Positions 1-10,152 of a stretch of DNA of 61,783 bases are shown piece by piece (position 1 is the first letter of the stretch; the number at the start of each line of letters is the position of its first letter). The notes under the pieces are model-generated. The model was not told where the DNA came from, made no database searches, and saw only the letters and a program-made list of their open reading frames with translations. Made by a program: the position numbers and the translations under genes. Source of the stretch: a virus. Its lineage: Duplodnaviria; Caudoviricetes. The stretch is from IMG/VR virus record IMGVR_UViG_3300030102_000228, positions 1 through 61,783 of that record. One strand, written 5' to 3'.

Positions 1-1213
1 TACCTGTTCCACCCACGCCTACGTTAACCACATAGTCTTGGAAACCGTCACTATTGATTACGTTTCGTACTGTTTCGCTGTTGTCGTATATTAGCTCTGC
101 TAATTCTATAAACGGCTCTGTATAGAAGTCATAGACTGCACTACCTGCTTCTTGGGCAAGCTGTCCAACTGTAGACGCAAACCCTACTTGATCCTCACGC
201 TGCAGGTCAGCTAGAGATAAACCACCATTATTTTGTACTTCATCCGCAATCTTAACACGACCTGTAATCGTAAGATTTCCTGGTTTACCATCGTCACCAA
301 AACTACCCTCACTATCCGTAGGAATAAGAGGAATAAACTCTCCGTCCCGTGTTACGTCACTAGCAGCTTGCCATATTTGGTAGTATCTTCCGTCAACCTC
401 ATCTTGCTGAATACCTGCATTCTCAAAAGTACCTTCGTTAATAACTTTACCATCAACAGAGGTTTCTCTTATTACTCTAGTACCATCGTCATCGATAAAA
501 TCACTTTTCAGAGTAAACATACCTAGCTTGTCATTGTAGGTTGGCTGCGGCACGGAAAACTTTACGTTTTCCCATTTGATCAGACCATCATCTTGTGGTT
601 TTAATCTTGCCCGCCCTGCAACAATATCTGCATCTGATACGCCCTCTACACGCCCTATTTCATTAGGACCAGATGCAACGTTTTTGCTAAAGCTCATTTC
701 AAATATGTCTTGTTCAGAAACTCCCTCTTTAACAAGCTCTTTTCTTATTTCTGGGTTTATAGTTTTTTCTAACTCTGCTCGCACCTCAGTTGCCATGTCA
801 GAAATATCTGCGGCTTTGAGTTCATCCAGCGACATATTTTTATAGTAGCTAGTAAGTGCTTTCTGCTGATCTGTGTTCAGTTTCGTTACAGATATGCCAA
901 GTTCTTTTAACGTGCCAGTTATGGCTCTATTCTGCTCAATTTCTAGCTGTTTAGCGTGTTGTTCTGCATTGATCGGTGCATTAGTAGCACGGCCTTCATT
1001 TATGTAATGGCTAAACGCATCAGTATCCGCACCAAGATTATTTAATTTTTTGTATTCTTCTTCGTTAAATACGCCCTGACCACCAGTAAGAGCTTCGGTT
1101 ATTACTTTGTTTTGGAACTCATATAATGGTTTTAGGTCTTCAGACAGTTTATCTGAGTCTTGGCGTAGGTTATCTATAGCTTCTTCGTATGCTTTTTGGT
1201 TGTCTTCTAAATT
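1..1213. repeat. Left copy of imperfect terminal redundancy (circular genome overlap)
   Basis: 1-1213 aligns to 60617-61783 with scattered substitutions and indels of 12, 3 and 37 bp. Confidence 0.95.
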
Positions 1214-2401
1214 ATTGTACCGCCCGTTCAACATAGCTTCGACATTCTTAAACTCATTTTCATAAGTTTGAAACTTATTGTTGAACGCAACAAGCGCACC
1301 TGTGTAACGTGATCTAGCTGCCATAGCTGCGTTGTACGTGGCTTCGCTCGGCTGTATTTGATTAGCTTCGTAAGCATCCAGATAGTCTTGGTATGCTGCA
1401 TCTCGCGCTTCCATCTCTGGACGAAACTTATCTACTACCTCGTTATATTCTTTTATGCCTAGATCTATGAATTGACGGCTACCGTCTACACGGTCTGCGG
1501 CTTCTTCTGCTTTTTTATACGCCCCAGTAACTCGATCTATGCCTTTGTTTACTAGATTCTTTCCGTCACTATCCATCCATTCTTTCATCTGTATCGCGCC
1601 ATAGTTTGATATGGCAGTCATCACAGACTTTTCGACATTTCCACCTGTCATGGCAGCAGATAGAGTGCGGGTAAACCCAGAAGTTATAGCCGCTAACTCG
1701 GCGTCAGACATAGAACTATCTTTGTCTATATACTCCCGCATCAAATCAGATGTTATAGCACCTGAAAGAGCAGCATTTGCCATCATCTCATTGGTTACAT
1801 CTTGATTGTTAGCTTCAGCTTTTACATAAGTAGTAATGACATTCTTTACTGATGGATTTAAATCTTTAAATGTGCCTGATTTGCTATCCATAAAGGCAAA
1901 GGCTTCATCTACCCCTGCTGATATCCCACCTGTTATAAAGGATTGTTTTACAGCATCTAACTCACCACCTGTCATAACAGCTGTAGATGCAGCTCGTCCT
2001 GTTGCTTGTGCTGCTATTCTAGCTGCTACTTCACTGTCTATGGCTGAAGATACATAGGCATTAGTTGCTTCTCCCGCTGCAGCTCCTATTTTACCTGCAA
2101 CATATGCTTTAGCAGAAGCTTCTGCGATATCACGCCAGTCTCCGCCATTATTGGCTACTTTAGCTCCATCTATAAGAGGTAACGCCCAAGAATTGCCTGT
2201 GGCTACCGCAGTAATTTTTGCAATGTTGTATAGCGGATCATCTTCGATAGCTTTATATACATCCTCAACACCTTCAACTACAGGATCGAGAATATCATCA
2301 ATAAGAAAGTCAGATACATCAGCTCCGATATCAACGATGTCATCTACAATATCTGATATTGTATCCCCAGGATTTCTTATAATGTCTATGGGTTTACACA
2401 T
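1..2401 (-). CDS. N-terminal part of a large internal virion/ejection protein; runs off the window and continues in 58452-60616 (about 1520 aa in total)
   Basis: ATG at 2401 (MCKPIDIIRNPG...) just after the stop of 2404-2820; in frame with the ATG at 796 that corresponds to the 983-aa ORF start at 61403; absent from the ORF track, presumably because no stop occurs in the window. Confidence 0.8.
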   Translation of the reverse strand, partial: MCKPIDIIRNPGDTISDIVDDIVDIGADVSDFLIDDILDPVVEGVEDVYKAIEDDPLYNIAKITAVATGNSWALPLIDGAKVANNGGDWRDIAEASAKAYVAGKIGAAAGEATNAYVSSAIDSEVAARIAAQATGRAASTAVMTGGELDAVKQSFITGGISAGVDEAFAFMDSKSGTFKDLNPSVKNVITTYVKAEANNQDVTNEMMANAALSGAITSDLMREYIDKDSSMSDAELAAITSGFTRTLSAAMTGGNVEKSVMTAISNYGAIQMKEWMDSDGKNLVNKGIDRVTGAYKKAEEAADRVDGSRQFIDLGIKEYNEVVDKFRPEMEARDAAYQDYLDAYEANQIQPSEATYNAAMAARSRYTGALVAFNNKFQTYENEFKNVEAMLNGRYNNLEDNQKAYEEAIDNLRQDSDKLSEDLKPLYEFQNKVITEALTGGQGVFNEEEYKKLNNLGADTDAFSHYINEGRATNAPINAEQHAKQLEIEQNRAITGTLKELGISVTKLNTDQQKALTSYYKNMSLDELKAADISDMATEVRAELEKTINPEIRKELVKEGVSEQDIFEMSFSKNVASGPNEIGRVEGVSDADIVAGRARLKPQDDGLIKWENVKFSVPQPTYNDKLGMFTLKSDFIDDDGTRVIRETSVDGKVINEGTFENAGIQQDEVDGRYYQIWQAASDVTRDGEFIPLIPTDSEGSFGDDGKPGNLTITGRVKIADEVQNNGGLSLADLQREDQVGFASTVGQLAQEAGSAVYDFYTEPFIELAELIYDNSETVRNVINSDGFQDYVVNVGVGGTG

Positions 2402-2403
2402 CG

Positions 2404-2820
2404 TTACAGCCTTTTAATCTTATCTTCGCCAATCCGTATAAGAACTAACTGCGATCCATCTTCCTGTGGACGACCTATACCTACAAACGTATCAGTTCCT
2501 TGAAAGTACTTCTTTATCACTTCCATCATTCTAACTTGTGGAGGGTCTGCAAGCACTGTTGCGTGCGTTACTCCTTCTTTTTGCAGATGCCATAAAAACT
2601 TTATTTGATTTTTAAACGCTTCACGCCCTGTATCTTGTATATAACCTTCTATGAGGACGGCGTTTTTCTTCCTGTAGTATACAAAAAAGCTATTGCCTAT
2701 TTGCACAGAACTCGCATTTTTCATACCAGACTTAGCTACAATCGCAGGTAACACAGTGCGGTAATCTACATCTCCACCTTGATCACGTAGGGTGCGCATA
2801 ACTATCTCGTTTGCTTCCAT
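2404..2820 (-). CDS. Hypothetical protein (possibly GNAT-like fold)
   Basis: 138-aa ORF tightly coupled in the late operon; fold guess from position and alpha/beta pattern only. Confidence 0.6.
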   Translation of the reverse strand: MEANEIVMRTLRDQGGDVDYRTVLPAIVAKSGMKNASSVQIGNSFFVYYRKKNAVLIEGYIQDTGREAFKNQIKFLWHLQKEGVTHATVLADPPQVRMMEVIKKYFQGTDTFVGIGRPQEDGSQLVLIRIGEDKIKRL

Positions 2821-3428
2821 TACGCATTCCCCACAAAAGTAACATTTATTTCGGTTGCAGGTATGCCTGAACCTGAAGAAGAGTCTGCTGTCAATGTAGC
2901 GCTAGCGCTAGGGTTCATCAACACAGATATGTTATCGCCAGCACCCAGCTCAACTATGTAGCTGGTTACTATTTGTATCTTACTATTTACAGACTCAAAC
3001 TTGTTTGTGGTATCTGCTATATAGTTACTAGCGCTAGTGCCATTCTTAGACAGCCATACAAGCACCGTACCTGCCGTGGCTACATTAGCTTTTACGTCAA
3101 CTCGGTAAGCGCCTCTGTAAGTAACTTGTATAGAGTCGTTACCAGAAAGAAGCTCTACACCTTGTGTTATATGTCTGGTGTCAGGAACATCTATGGCATT
3201 GACTGATGTTGCGTTGAGAACCTGATTAGCGTCATTGTAAAGAACAGCATATGGAAAATGTAAAAATCTACCCCCAGAGTCTTGGTTCATCAGGGCATCA
3301 AAGTTAGCAGAGATTCTTGTAAAGAAAAAACGCAGAACGTTATTCAGTTGATCAAAGTATTTAACTGAATAGTCATCAGTAGCTAATGGTAATGCTGGTG
3401 GTTCTGGTCTATCTATTTCGTTTGCCAT
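2820..3428 (-). CDS. Virion protein with C-terminal C1q/BclA-like beta-sandwich
   Basis: IQVTYRGAYRV...VWLSKNG...IVELGAGDNISV pattern; lies in the tail module. Confidence 0.55.
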   Translation of the reverse strand: MANEIDRPEPPALPLATDDYSVKYFDQLNNVLRFFFTRISANFDALMNQDSGGRFLHFPYAVLYNDANQVLNATSVNAIDVPDTRHITQGVELLSGNDSIQVTYRGAYRVDVKANVATAGTVLVWLSKNGTSASNYIADTTNKFESVNSKIQIVTSYIVELGAGDNISVLMNPSASATLTADSSSGSGIPATEINVTFVGNA

Positions 3429-5296
3429 TACCGCCGTCCATCAGGTCTTATGTTAAATCTAGGTATTCCTAACTGCCATGTAACTCCTAAAGCTGTAGAC
3501 TCTATTTTAAAAGACATCTGCCTGCCACGCACTCGTAAGTCTAGTCGTTCGGTAAATGCTTCAATAGGTGCAGTAGCACTTCTTGTCACAGAACCACTAC
3601 TATTTCCACCTACAGAAGCAGGTGAGGTTCTACCAGACCCAGAGTTATCTGCGGGGGTTATAGTAAACGTAGCTTGCGGTGATCCAGCTGTAGAGCCATC
3701 AAAAGTTACATCAGGTAATACTCTATTTATAAAAGTAAACTTATCACCATCACCTATATCATATTGCGCAGAGGTTATTGAGGCAGTGATAGCAGTGGGG
3801 GTAGAAGTTTCTTGGTCATCCACACCAACTTCATGTTCTACAATATTATTGCTGTAAGTCGCTGCAATAGGTTTAGTGCGAGTGCCAGACTCTAACCATG
3901 CACTTCTTGTAAGATTTCCATAGTACCAGATGTTTTCAATATAATTGTATACAACGTAACGGTCTGCAGTTTCAGATCCTGCGCTACAGTAAAACCACCA
4001 TATCTCGTTAAACTGTTCGTTAGTGCCTGCAAAAACCTGTCTAAACTGTTCGTTGTTAAAGTCGTTAAATACATAACGTTTTACGTCACATTTAAGAGGA
4101 CGCACACGACCATCATAGATGTAGAAGCTATCAGCCCCCATCCAGAATGCGGTGTTTGCAGCAAATGCCATAGAGTTTTGCGAGGCTACAGAAATATTCT
4201 CACCAACAAGCTGTGCGCCCCATACAATAGGTGCGCCTTGATACTGTAAAGAATACAACGCAGAATCGGTCCAAACCAACACTTCCTGACGAGACTGCCT
4301 ACCTGCTACAATCTCTGTGCCTACTGATAAGCGTAAGGAGCCTGCTTGGTTGGTAGCTGCAGGTGTCCAGTTAGTAACATCTTCTTGATCTGACCAACGT
4401 ATTAACATTGTGTCCTGCGTTGCACTACCTAATGGGTTTGCACCAAAACAAAATACAAAACGACTGACATCAGACACTAGCACTTGATTTTGCACAGTTG
4501 GTACGTTTGACGCACCGCCAAGCGATGATACTTCTACAGCCCTAGTCTCAAGCCCTGCAGATGAGTCCCAGTAGTATAATGAACCACCTCTTGGTCCAAA
4601 TACTAAGTCTTCCCCAAAATTACTTTGACTCCACAATCTAAGTTGTGCCACACCGCCACCGCCAGTGCCCCATGTGCCAGTACTCCATGAGCCAAAACCC
4701 CAACCAGTGCTGGGTACAGAGTATGCTTCCCCACTAGTTACCTCATACTTACCAACTACGTTTGATCCACCATTACCCGTATCGGAACTGTTTGCGGCTA
4801 CAGAAGCTTCTATCGTATACGAATCATCATCTATAATAGTGGCTATTTGGAAGTTTGCGTTTAGTACGTTGTTTGTGATTGCGCCCCCAAGAGTTTGCGC
4901 ACCAGAAAAGGTAACGAAATCTCCTGCAATAGCTCCATGAGCAGTGTCGCTTACTGTTATTGTAGCATCGCCATTTGTAGCGGAAAAAGTAATATCCCCT
5001 GCAGCGGTAGTGCTTCTTAGCGGAGTAACGTCACTGTACGAACCACCCTGCTCTATATAAAACTTTAGATTAGTGCCAACTCCTACAAAAGCACCGCCAT
5101 CTAAAGAACTCCAACCATGAAGAGATCTAGCAATACCTAGAAACGTGTTTTCAGATATACGTTGCCAACCACCTATCTTTTCAGGATAGCCCTGCCTAAA
5201 ACGCACCTTATCGCTTTCGTACCAGTTGCCTTCGCTAGCGTACCTCGTGCGTTCTCTATTTATTCCTGGCTTGAAAGCCAACTTTGTCATAGGCAT
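3428..5296 (-). CDS. Tail nozzle / DNA stabilisation protein (P22 gp10-like, beta-rich)
   Basis: 622 aa; IRWSD and FWMG motifs; C-terminal RGRQMSFKIES...RPDGRR; typical position in podovirus tail module. Confidence 0.7.
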   Translation of the reverse strand: MPMTKLAFKPGINRERTRYASEGNWYESDKVRFRQGYPEKIGGWQRISENTFLGIARSLHGWSSLDGGAFVGVGTNLKFYIEQGGSYSDVTPLRSTTAAGDITFSATNGDATITVSDTAHGAIAGDFVTFSGAQTLGGAITNNVLNANFQIATIIDDDSYTIEASVAANSSDTGNGGSNVVGKYEVTSGEAYSVPSTGWGFGSWSTGTWGTGGGGVAQLRLWSQSNFGEDLVFGPRGGSLYYWDSSAGLETRAVEVSSLGGASNVPTVQNQVLVSDVSRFVFCFGANPLGSATQDTMLIRWSDQEDVTNWTPAATNQAGSLRLSVGTEIVAGRQSRQEVLVWTDSALYSLQYQGAPIVWGAQLVGENISVASQNSMAFAANTAFWMGADSFYIYDGRVRPLKCDVKRYVFNDFNNEQFRQVFAGTNEQFNEIWWFYCSAGSETADRYVVYNYIENIWYYGNLTRSAWLESGTRTKPIAATYSNNIVEHEVGVDDQETSTPTAITASITSAQYDIGDGDKFTFINRVLPDVTFDGSTAGSPQATFTITPADNSGSGRTSPASVGGNSSGSVTRSATAPIEAFTERLDLRVRGRQMSFKIESTALGVTWQLGIPRFNIRPDGRR

Positions 5297-5307
5297 GGCG
5301 GCTACCT

Positions 5308-5523
5308 TTATTCAAGTGTTTCACCAAATACAGTTGGTAGAGTCGTAACTTCTATAGCTACGTTTCTACGTAAATTAAGAGTTGCACCACAGTCGGCACA
5401 TTTGTCTGCATCAAGCTCGGACTCATCAAGGTCATAACCACAAGCCTGACAAACTATTTCTATAGTGTGCTTTGGCTCTACGGTTGTCTCGTCAAGGTTT
5501 TTAGCTTCTACTTCTGTCTTCAT
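5308..5523 (-). CDS. Small zinc-ribbon protein
   Basis: CQAC...CADC. Confidence 0.7.
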   Translation of the reverse strand: MKTEVEAKNLDETTVEPKHTIEIVCQACGYDLDESELDADKCADCGATLNLRRNVAIEVTTLPTVFGETLE

Positions 5524-5963
5524 TGTACTTCCCTCATACGTTTACATAAACGCTTTGCGCGGTTGGGTACTTGATCAAACCACTTCGAGTCTTCCATCTG
5601 ATTTGCACATTCAAGCCAGTCTCTTGACTCAACAGCTTTACGTAACAGTTTGAATTTACTCATTCTTGGATAACCAAGGTTAAACATCATGTTTGCTAGG
5701 ATAAGCTGTACTTCTTCAGGAAGATCATCAAAGTTGTCATACATACGATTACAGTCTTCTATTGTGATCGCAACATCTCTACGAAATAACATAGAAACAC
5801 GTTCTTCAGACACAGCAGTGCCTACAGACATACCATGCTCTTCATCAGCTTCAGTGATTAAATGACCCACACCTACGGTTGGTAGAGCAAGATGATCTAA
5901 ATAAATTTCGTACTTGCAGCCCTCGTCTTCTGCAAGTTCTATCCGTAACTGATCTAAGTTCAT
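5520..5963 (-). CDS. Endolysin, T4-lysozyme-like (GH24)
   Basis: EDEG...YLDHLALPTVGVGHL, NMMFNLG, SKWFDQVPNRAKRL. Confidence 0.9.
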   Translation of the reverse strand: MNLDQLRIELAEDEGCKYEIYLDHLALPTVGVGHLITEADEEHGMSVGTAVSEERVSMLFRRDVAITIEDCNRMYDNFDDLPEEVQLILANMMFNLGYPRMSKFKLLRKAVESRDWLECANQMEDSKWFDQVPNRAKRLCKRMREVQ

Positions 5964-6355
5964 TTTGTAATACCTTTATACTTTTCAAAGCTACGGAGGC
6001 CACCAAGACCGAGCATACCTAATAATACAGTCATAAGAGTATCCATGTCAAAGGCAGGATACGGCACTGGTTCTTGCCCTAAGTAAGCCATAACAACGTC
6101 TGCAAGTGGGATGAGAAGAAAATGCACCATTAGGGCCAAACTACAGACCCACCCACAACAGGGACGCCAACCTGCCACAAAGATGCTTCTGTGCTTGGCT
6201 TCCGCAGCATTAACTGCCATTTGCCCTTTTGCAAGCTCCATAGCGTGTTTTTCTGCCATAGTAGCTATCTCGTGAGCCAACTCATTCTTCTTGTCTTTAT
6301 CTTCGACAAACTTACCAATCAGCTCTGTAGCTGGTCCTATCAATGCTTGTAACAT
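5960..6355 (-). CDS. Holin, 3TM GTA-holin-like family
   Basis: FVAGWRP..GW and LLGMLGLGGLRSFEK motifs; hydrophobic helices; adjacent to lysozyme. Confidence 0.85.
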   Translation of the reverse strand: MLQALIGPATELIGKFVEDKDKKNELAHEIATMAEKHAMELAKGQMAVNAAEAKHRSIFVAGWRPCCGWVCSLALMVHFLLIPLADVVMAYLGQEPVPYPAFDMDTLMTVLLGMLGLGGLRSFEKYKGITK

Positions 6356-6358
6356 CTG

Positions 6359-6568
6359 TTACTCCTCAATGAAGTCTAGGATTTCTCCGTTTAATACCAT
6401 AACCTTGAGTTCTTTACACGACCACTTTTGGTCAAAGTTGTTTGTGTGTCCTACATTACGTTTTATCTTCCGCCGTACAGATAAACACTCAGACAACGAC
6501 TTATAGGGTGTGTATTCTACTTTTTCGCCACCCATAACCAGTAATAAAACAAACGTAAGCTCAACCAC
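6359..6568 (-). CDS. Hypothetical small protein, hydrophobic N-terminus, two Cys
   Basis: 69-aa ORF overlapping its neighbour. Confidence 0.6.
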   Translation of the reverse strand: MVELTFVLLLVMGGEKVEYTPYKSLSECLSVRRKIKRNVGHTNNFDQKWSCKELKVMVLNGEILDFIEE

Positions 6569-6956
6569 CGTTTCGTATCTTCTCTATACTTTCTTCTAAG
6601 CTAGTTATTCTCTTCTCATAAAACTCAAGTGTAAGTTTTTGTTGTTGATCATAAGGTGCTTTGCCACCTTCTATTTCGTTCTGTAGTTTTTCTAACTCAC
6701 TAGCTATATGTTCTATAAGCATGAACTGTTCGGAATCTGCTGGCAGACTACCCATCTCGCCCCTAGGCCATTTAATGCGAAACTCAGTGTTCTGCTCTAA
6801 GTCAGCTTGCATCATAGTCTGGTTAGTCTCTAACGTGTTCAGCCTTTCTATCAGACCAAAGTAGGCCCAGGTTGCAAGACTAGCAGCCGCAACCATGCTT
6901 ATGATATTTCGTAGCGGTAGTGCTACTTCTGTGTTTTCATTCAGCTTTGCTGGCAT
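6561..6956 (-). CDS. Membrane-anchored coiled-coil protein (possible spanin-like)
   Basis: N-terminal TM followed by coiled coil; in the lysis cluster. Confidence 0.55.
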   Translation of the reverse strand: MPAKLNENTEVALPLRNIISMVAAASLATWAYFGLIERLNTLETNQTMMQADLEQNTEFRIKWPRGEMGSLPADSEQFMLIEHIASELEKLQNEIEGGKAPYDQQQKLTLEFYEKRITSLEESIEKIRNGG

Positions 6957-7163
6957 TTACTTCTCTGAGTTTAACCAAACTGCCAGACTGCCTGTCATAG
7001 CACCCGTGACCACCGATATTAACGAAGCCTGCTGTGTTGTTAAATCAGGCTGTGAAAGCGCCCACTCAATACAACGTATGTATACACCAGTCATACATAA
7101 CATCATGAAACGTGGTAATATCTTTAGTTCTAACAGCTTTCTTGCTACATCTTCTGCACTCAT
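6957..7163 (-). CDS. Small two-TM membrane protein
   Basis: Two hydrophobic segments in 68 aa. Confidence 0.65.
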   Translation of the reverse strand: MSAEDVARKLLELKILPRFMMLCMTGVYIRCIEWALSQPDLTTQQASLISVVTGAMTGSLAVWLNSEK

Positions 7164-7606
7164 TCAAACCATCCTTTTAGCCATAAAACCCAAGCAACAA
7201 GCCCTGCCACCATCGAAGCGACTAAGAGACCTGCTGCACCTAAACCTAATGCTTCTGCGATTTCAGCTCTTCTGCGTTTAGCCAACTCTTCTCGAACTCG
7301 TCTTTCTTTTCTTGCTTGTGCTTGAAATTTTTGCCAGTCATGCCATAGCCCAGCCCTGCCGCTGTAGATCATAAACTGCTTCAATTCTTGTTCTTGTTGT
7401 CGGATTTTTTCAAGGGCCATAAACTCTTCTAGATCTGAAGAGCGAACACCAGACTTTTTTCTTTTGTTGGCTTTACGCTGTAACTCTTCTTTTGCAATTA
7501 CAAAATCAGAGATGGCGCGACCTGCCTTAGCCAAATCGCCTGTATTCTGCACGGCCTTCTTGATAATACTAAAGGCGGCATTTGCTGCGGCGAGCTCGGC
7601 AAGCAT
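7160..7606 (-). CDS. Hypothetical protein with C-terminal TM helix
   Basis: 148 aa; charged helical core plus hydrophobic tail. Confidence 0.7.
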   Translation of the reverse strand: MLAELAAANAAFSIIKKAVQNTGDLAKAGRAISDFVIAKEELQRKANKRKKSGVRSSDLEEFMALEKIRQQEQELKQFMIYSGRAGLWHDWQKFQAQARKERRVREELAKRRRAEIAEALGLGAAGLLVASMVAGLVAWVLWLKGWFE

Positions 7607-7758
7607 TAGTCTTTATCCCAATACAACCGCCATAGCTTCCAACCTACATAAATAATGGACATCACTCCAAGAACTAGAGCTACCCATTGATTCATGGCTG
7701 GAAGCCATAGAGGAGCAGATATACCCCCTGTGGCTATGGCTACGTCATTAGCATCCAT
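7606..7758 (-). CDS. 50-aa membrane protein (holin-like), not in ORF track
   Basis: MDANDVAIATGGISAPLWLPAMNQWVALVLGVMSIIYVGWKLWRLYWDKD; stop overlaps the next ATG (TAATG). Confidence 0.7.
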   Translation of the reverse strand: MDANDVAIATGGISAPLWLPAMNQWVALVLGVMSIIYVGWKLWRLYWDKD

Positions 7759-7770
7759 GACCTATCAGCC

Positions 7771-10140
7771 TCACTTTCTGGACCAGTTGTAATCATCAGC
7801 GTTTGTCGAAGCGCTAGAACCGTAGTATGTTCCTATCCACGTAGCTGCGTCCCACTGTGCAGTTGTAGGATTTGTGTAGAAGGTACGAGTAGGTTCATCA
7901 AAAGTATGAGTTGTGCCTGAACCAAAATAAATTCGCAGCTGTGAAAAACGATAATCAACATCAAGATAGTTAGCATGGCTACCACCATCCCAGTGCCCCA
8001 TACTAAGTGTTATACCATTTGTTGTTGTAAGGGTTGCTGTGTTTTGAAATCCAGCTTTGGTAAAGGTGATAGTGCCAGTTGACCCAGATGTGCTAAGAGT
8101 CTGCGAAAAACTAGCTATTTGAGAATTACCTATTCTAACTTCGGGCTGCAAATAAATAAACCCGCTGCTTCCAATATTAACAATTTCAAGATCAATTTCT
8201 ACACGACCATTACCACTATTTGTTAGTGTAATGTTACTGCCAGTCTTTGACTGCGCTGAGAAACAGAAGTACTCAGAGAGAGACGTGTTATTTGGCGCCC
8301 CTTTGTATACGGGAGCATTAAAATCGAAAGTGCCTTCGCCATTGTTAAGTGTGTAATTTTGCCCAGTCCAACCGTCTCTACTAGAAAAGTTTAGCCCTGA
8401 GTTAGTCGCCCAAGTACGTGGGTTAAAGGTCTGCTTATCAAAATCAACAATGAGAGCATCAAATGGGTTATCACCACTACCTACAGTTTCGACTAGAACA
8501 GCGAAGTGTACTTGACTACCTCCACCGCCACCACCTGATTGGTCTACAAACGATAAGTTACCTGAACCATCTGTTTTAAGAACTTGGTCCGCACTACCAT
8601 CTGAATTTGGAAAACTAAGTCCGTCAATAACAACATTTCCTGATCCATTTGGTGTAAGCGAAATGTCTCCATTTGCACCATCAGCGATAGAAATAGACCC
8701 AGAATTTGTACCGTTATTAGTGTTGAGTGTTAAATCTCCAGTACCTTGTGTTGTAATGGTAGCATTTTCATTGTTACTACCAACCTGAACTGTATCAGCT
8801 GTAAGATTAACATCGCCCGTGCCATTTGGTTCAATGGTGATATCAGCGTTTGATGTAGATACAATCGAGTTACCGTTAACATCTAAGTTGCCACCAAGCT
8901 GAGGAGAACTATCCGCTGATACAGACGCAATACCGCCAGATGACTGGTTTACAAATGATAAGTTACCTGAACCATCTGTTTTAAGAACTTGATCTGCGGA
9001 GCCATCTGCTTGTGGGTAGGACAGCCCATCCAAAATAACAGAACCAGTGCCGTTTGGAGTAACACTTATATCACCGTTTGCACCATCGGCTATTACGATA
9101 GAACCAGAGTTTGTGCCGTTGTTTGTATTTATTGTTAGGTCGCCAGTGCCTTGTGTTGTAACAGTGGCATTCTCGTTGTTACTGCCGATTTGAACTGTAT
9201 CAGCTGTAAGGTTAACGTCACCTGTGCCATTTGGTTCGATAGTAATATCGGCATTTGATGTAGAGACAATAGAGTTGCCATTAACATCTAGATTGCCACC
9301 CAACTGAGGAGAAGTATCGTCTACTACATCGCCACCAACATCTCCAAAAGAAAAAGTACCAGACCCGTTTGTTATAAGTGCCTGTCCGTTTGATCCGTCA
9401 GCTGCTGGTAACACCCATATCTGATTAGAAGATACAGTGGCAGGGGCTTCAAAACCTACATAGTTACTAGTGTCAGAATCGCCAAAACGTAGTTCGCCTT
9501 GGGCGTTCAATGTCAACGCAGTTCCTACCGCAGGGCTAGTCAGTGTTTTATTCGTGAATGTTTCTGTGCCTGCAGTTGTAGCCAGTGTGCCAGTAGTTGG
9601 CAGTGTTACGTTGGTTGTACCTGTTGTTGTAAGAGTAAGTGCATTTGCACCTGAAGTGGTGAAAGCACCAGCAGTTGTAACCGCCCCACCGATGGAGAAA
9701 GCAAAACCATCAACATTTAATGAACTGATGTTTGTAACCGCCTGCTCTACATTTGTACCATCACAGAACACAAACATGGTCTCGCCGTTAGGAATAGCTA
9801 CACCAGTGCCGCTAGAAGTTTTTATTGTAACAGTCTGCCCAGCGCTGTTTTTACAAATGTAAATTTTTGATTGAGCAGGGCAAATAACGGTAGCTGCGCC
9901 TGATAACTGACTTCCAGTATCTGTAAACGCAAGCATCGCTGCTCTAGATTCAGATGTTGTTCCGTCTGCTGTGGACAACGTAGCGGAGTTTGTTGACCAT
10001 GTGTTGATTACTTTTCGGCCTGCAATAGCTTCTTCTATCATAGAAGTGATGTTGTTATTTACAACAGTACCCCATGATCCGCTTAACTCACCCTGAGCAG
10101 GCAGTGCTAATTTAAGTATTGTGGTAAAACTAGTAGCCAT
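7771..10140 (-). CDS. Tail fiber protein
   Basis: 789 aa, G/S/T/N-rich; SPQLGGNLDVNG and QVLKTDGSGNLSF fiber repeats; distinct C-terminal domain after a poly-Gly linker. Confidence 0.85.
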   Translation of the reverse strand: MATSFTTILKLALPAQGELSGSWGTVVNNNITSMIEEAIAGRKVINTWSTNSATLSTADGTTSESRAAMLAFTDTGSQLSGAATVICPAQSKIYICKNSAGQTVTIKTSSGTGVAIPNGETMFVFCDGTNVEQAVTNISSLNVDGFAFSIGGAVTTAGAFTTSGANALTLTTTGTTNVTLPTTGTLATTAGTETFTNKTLTSPAVGTALTLNAQGELRFGDSDTSNYVGFEAPATVSSNQIWVLPAADGSNGQALITNGSGTFSFGDVGGDVVDDTSPQLGGNLDVNGNSIVSTSNADITIEPNGTGDVNLTADTVQIGSNNENATVTTQGTGDLTINTNNGTNSGSIVIADGANGDISVTPNGTGSVILDGLSYPQADGSADQVLKTDGSGNLSFVNQSSGGIASVSADSSPQLGGNLDVNGNSIVSTSNADITIEPNGTGDVNLTADTVQVGSNNENATITTQGTGDLTLNTNNGTNSGSISIADGANGDISLTPNGSGNVVIDGLSFPNSDGSADQVLKTDGSGNLSFVDQSGGGGGGSQVHFAVLVETVGSGDNPFDALIVDFDKQTFNPRTWATNSGLNFSSRDGWTGQNYTLNNGEGTFDFNAPVYKGAPNNTSLSEYFCFSAQSKTGSNITLTNSGNGRVEIDLEIVNIGSSGFIYLQPEVRIGNSQIASFSQTLSTSGSTGTITFTKAGFQNTATLTTTNGITLSMGHWDGGSHANYLDVDYRFSQLRIYFGSGTTHTFDEPTRTFYTNPTTAQWDAATWIGTYYGSSASTNADDYNWSRK

Positions 10141-10152
10141 TTTCGACCTCTA

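Noticed and set aside
233-2417. Plus-strand ORFs in the track at the window start
   Set aside because: Shadows of the long minus-strand gene starting at 2401
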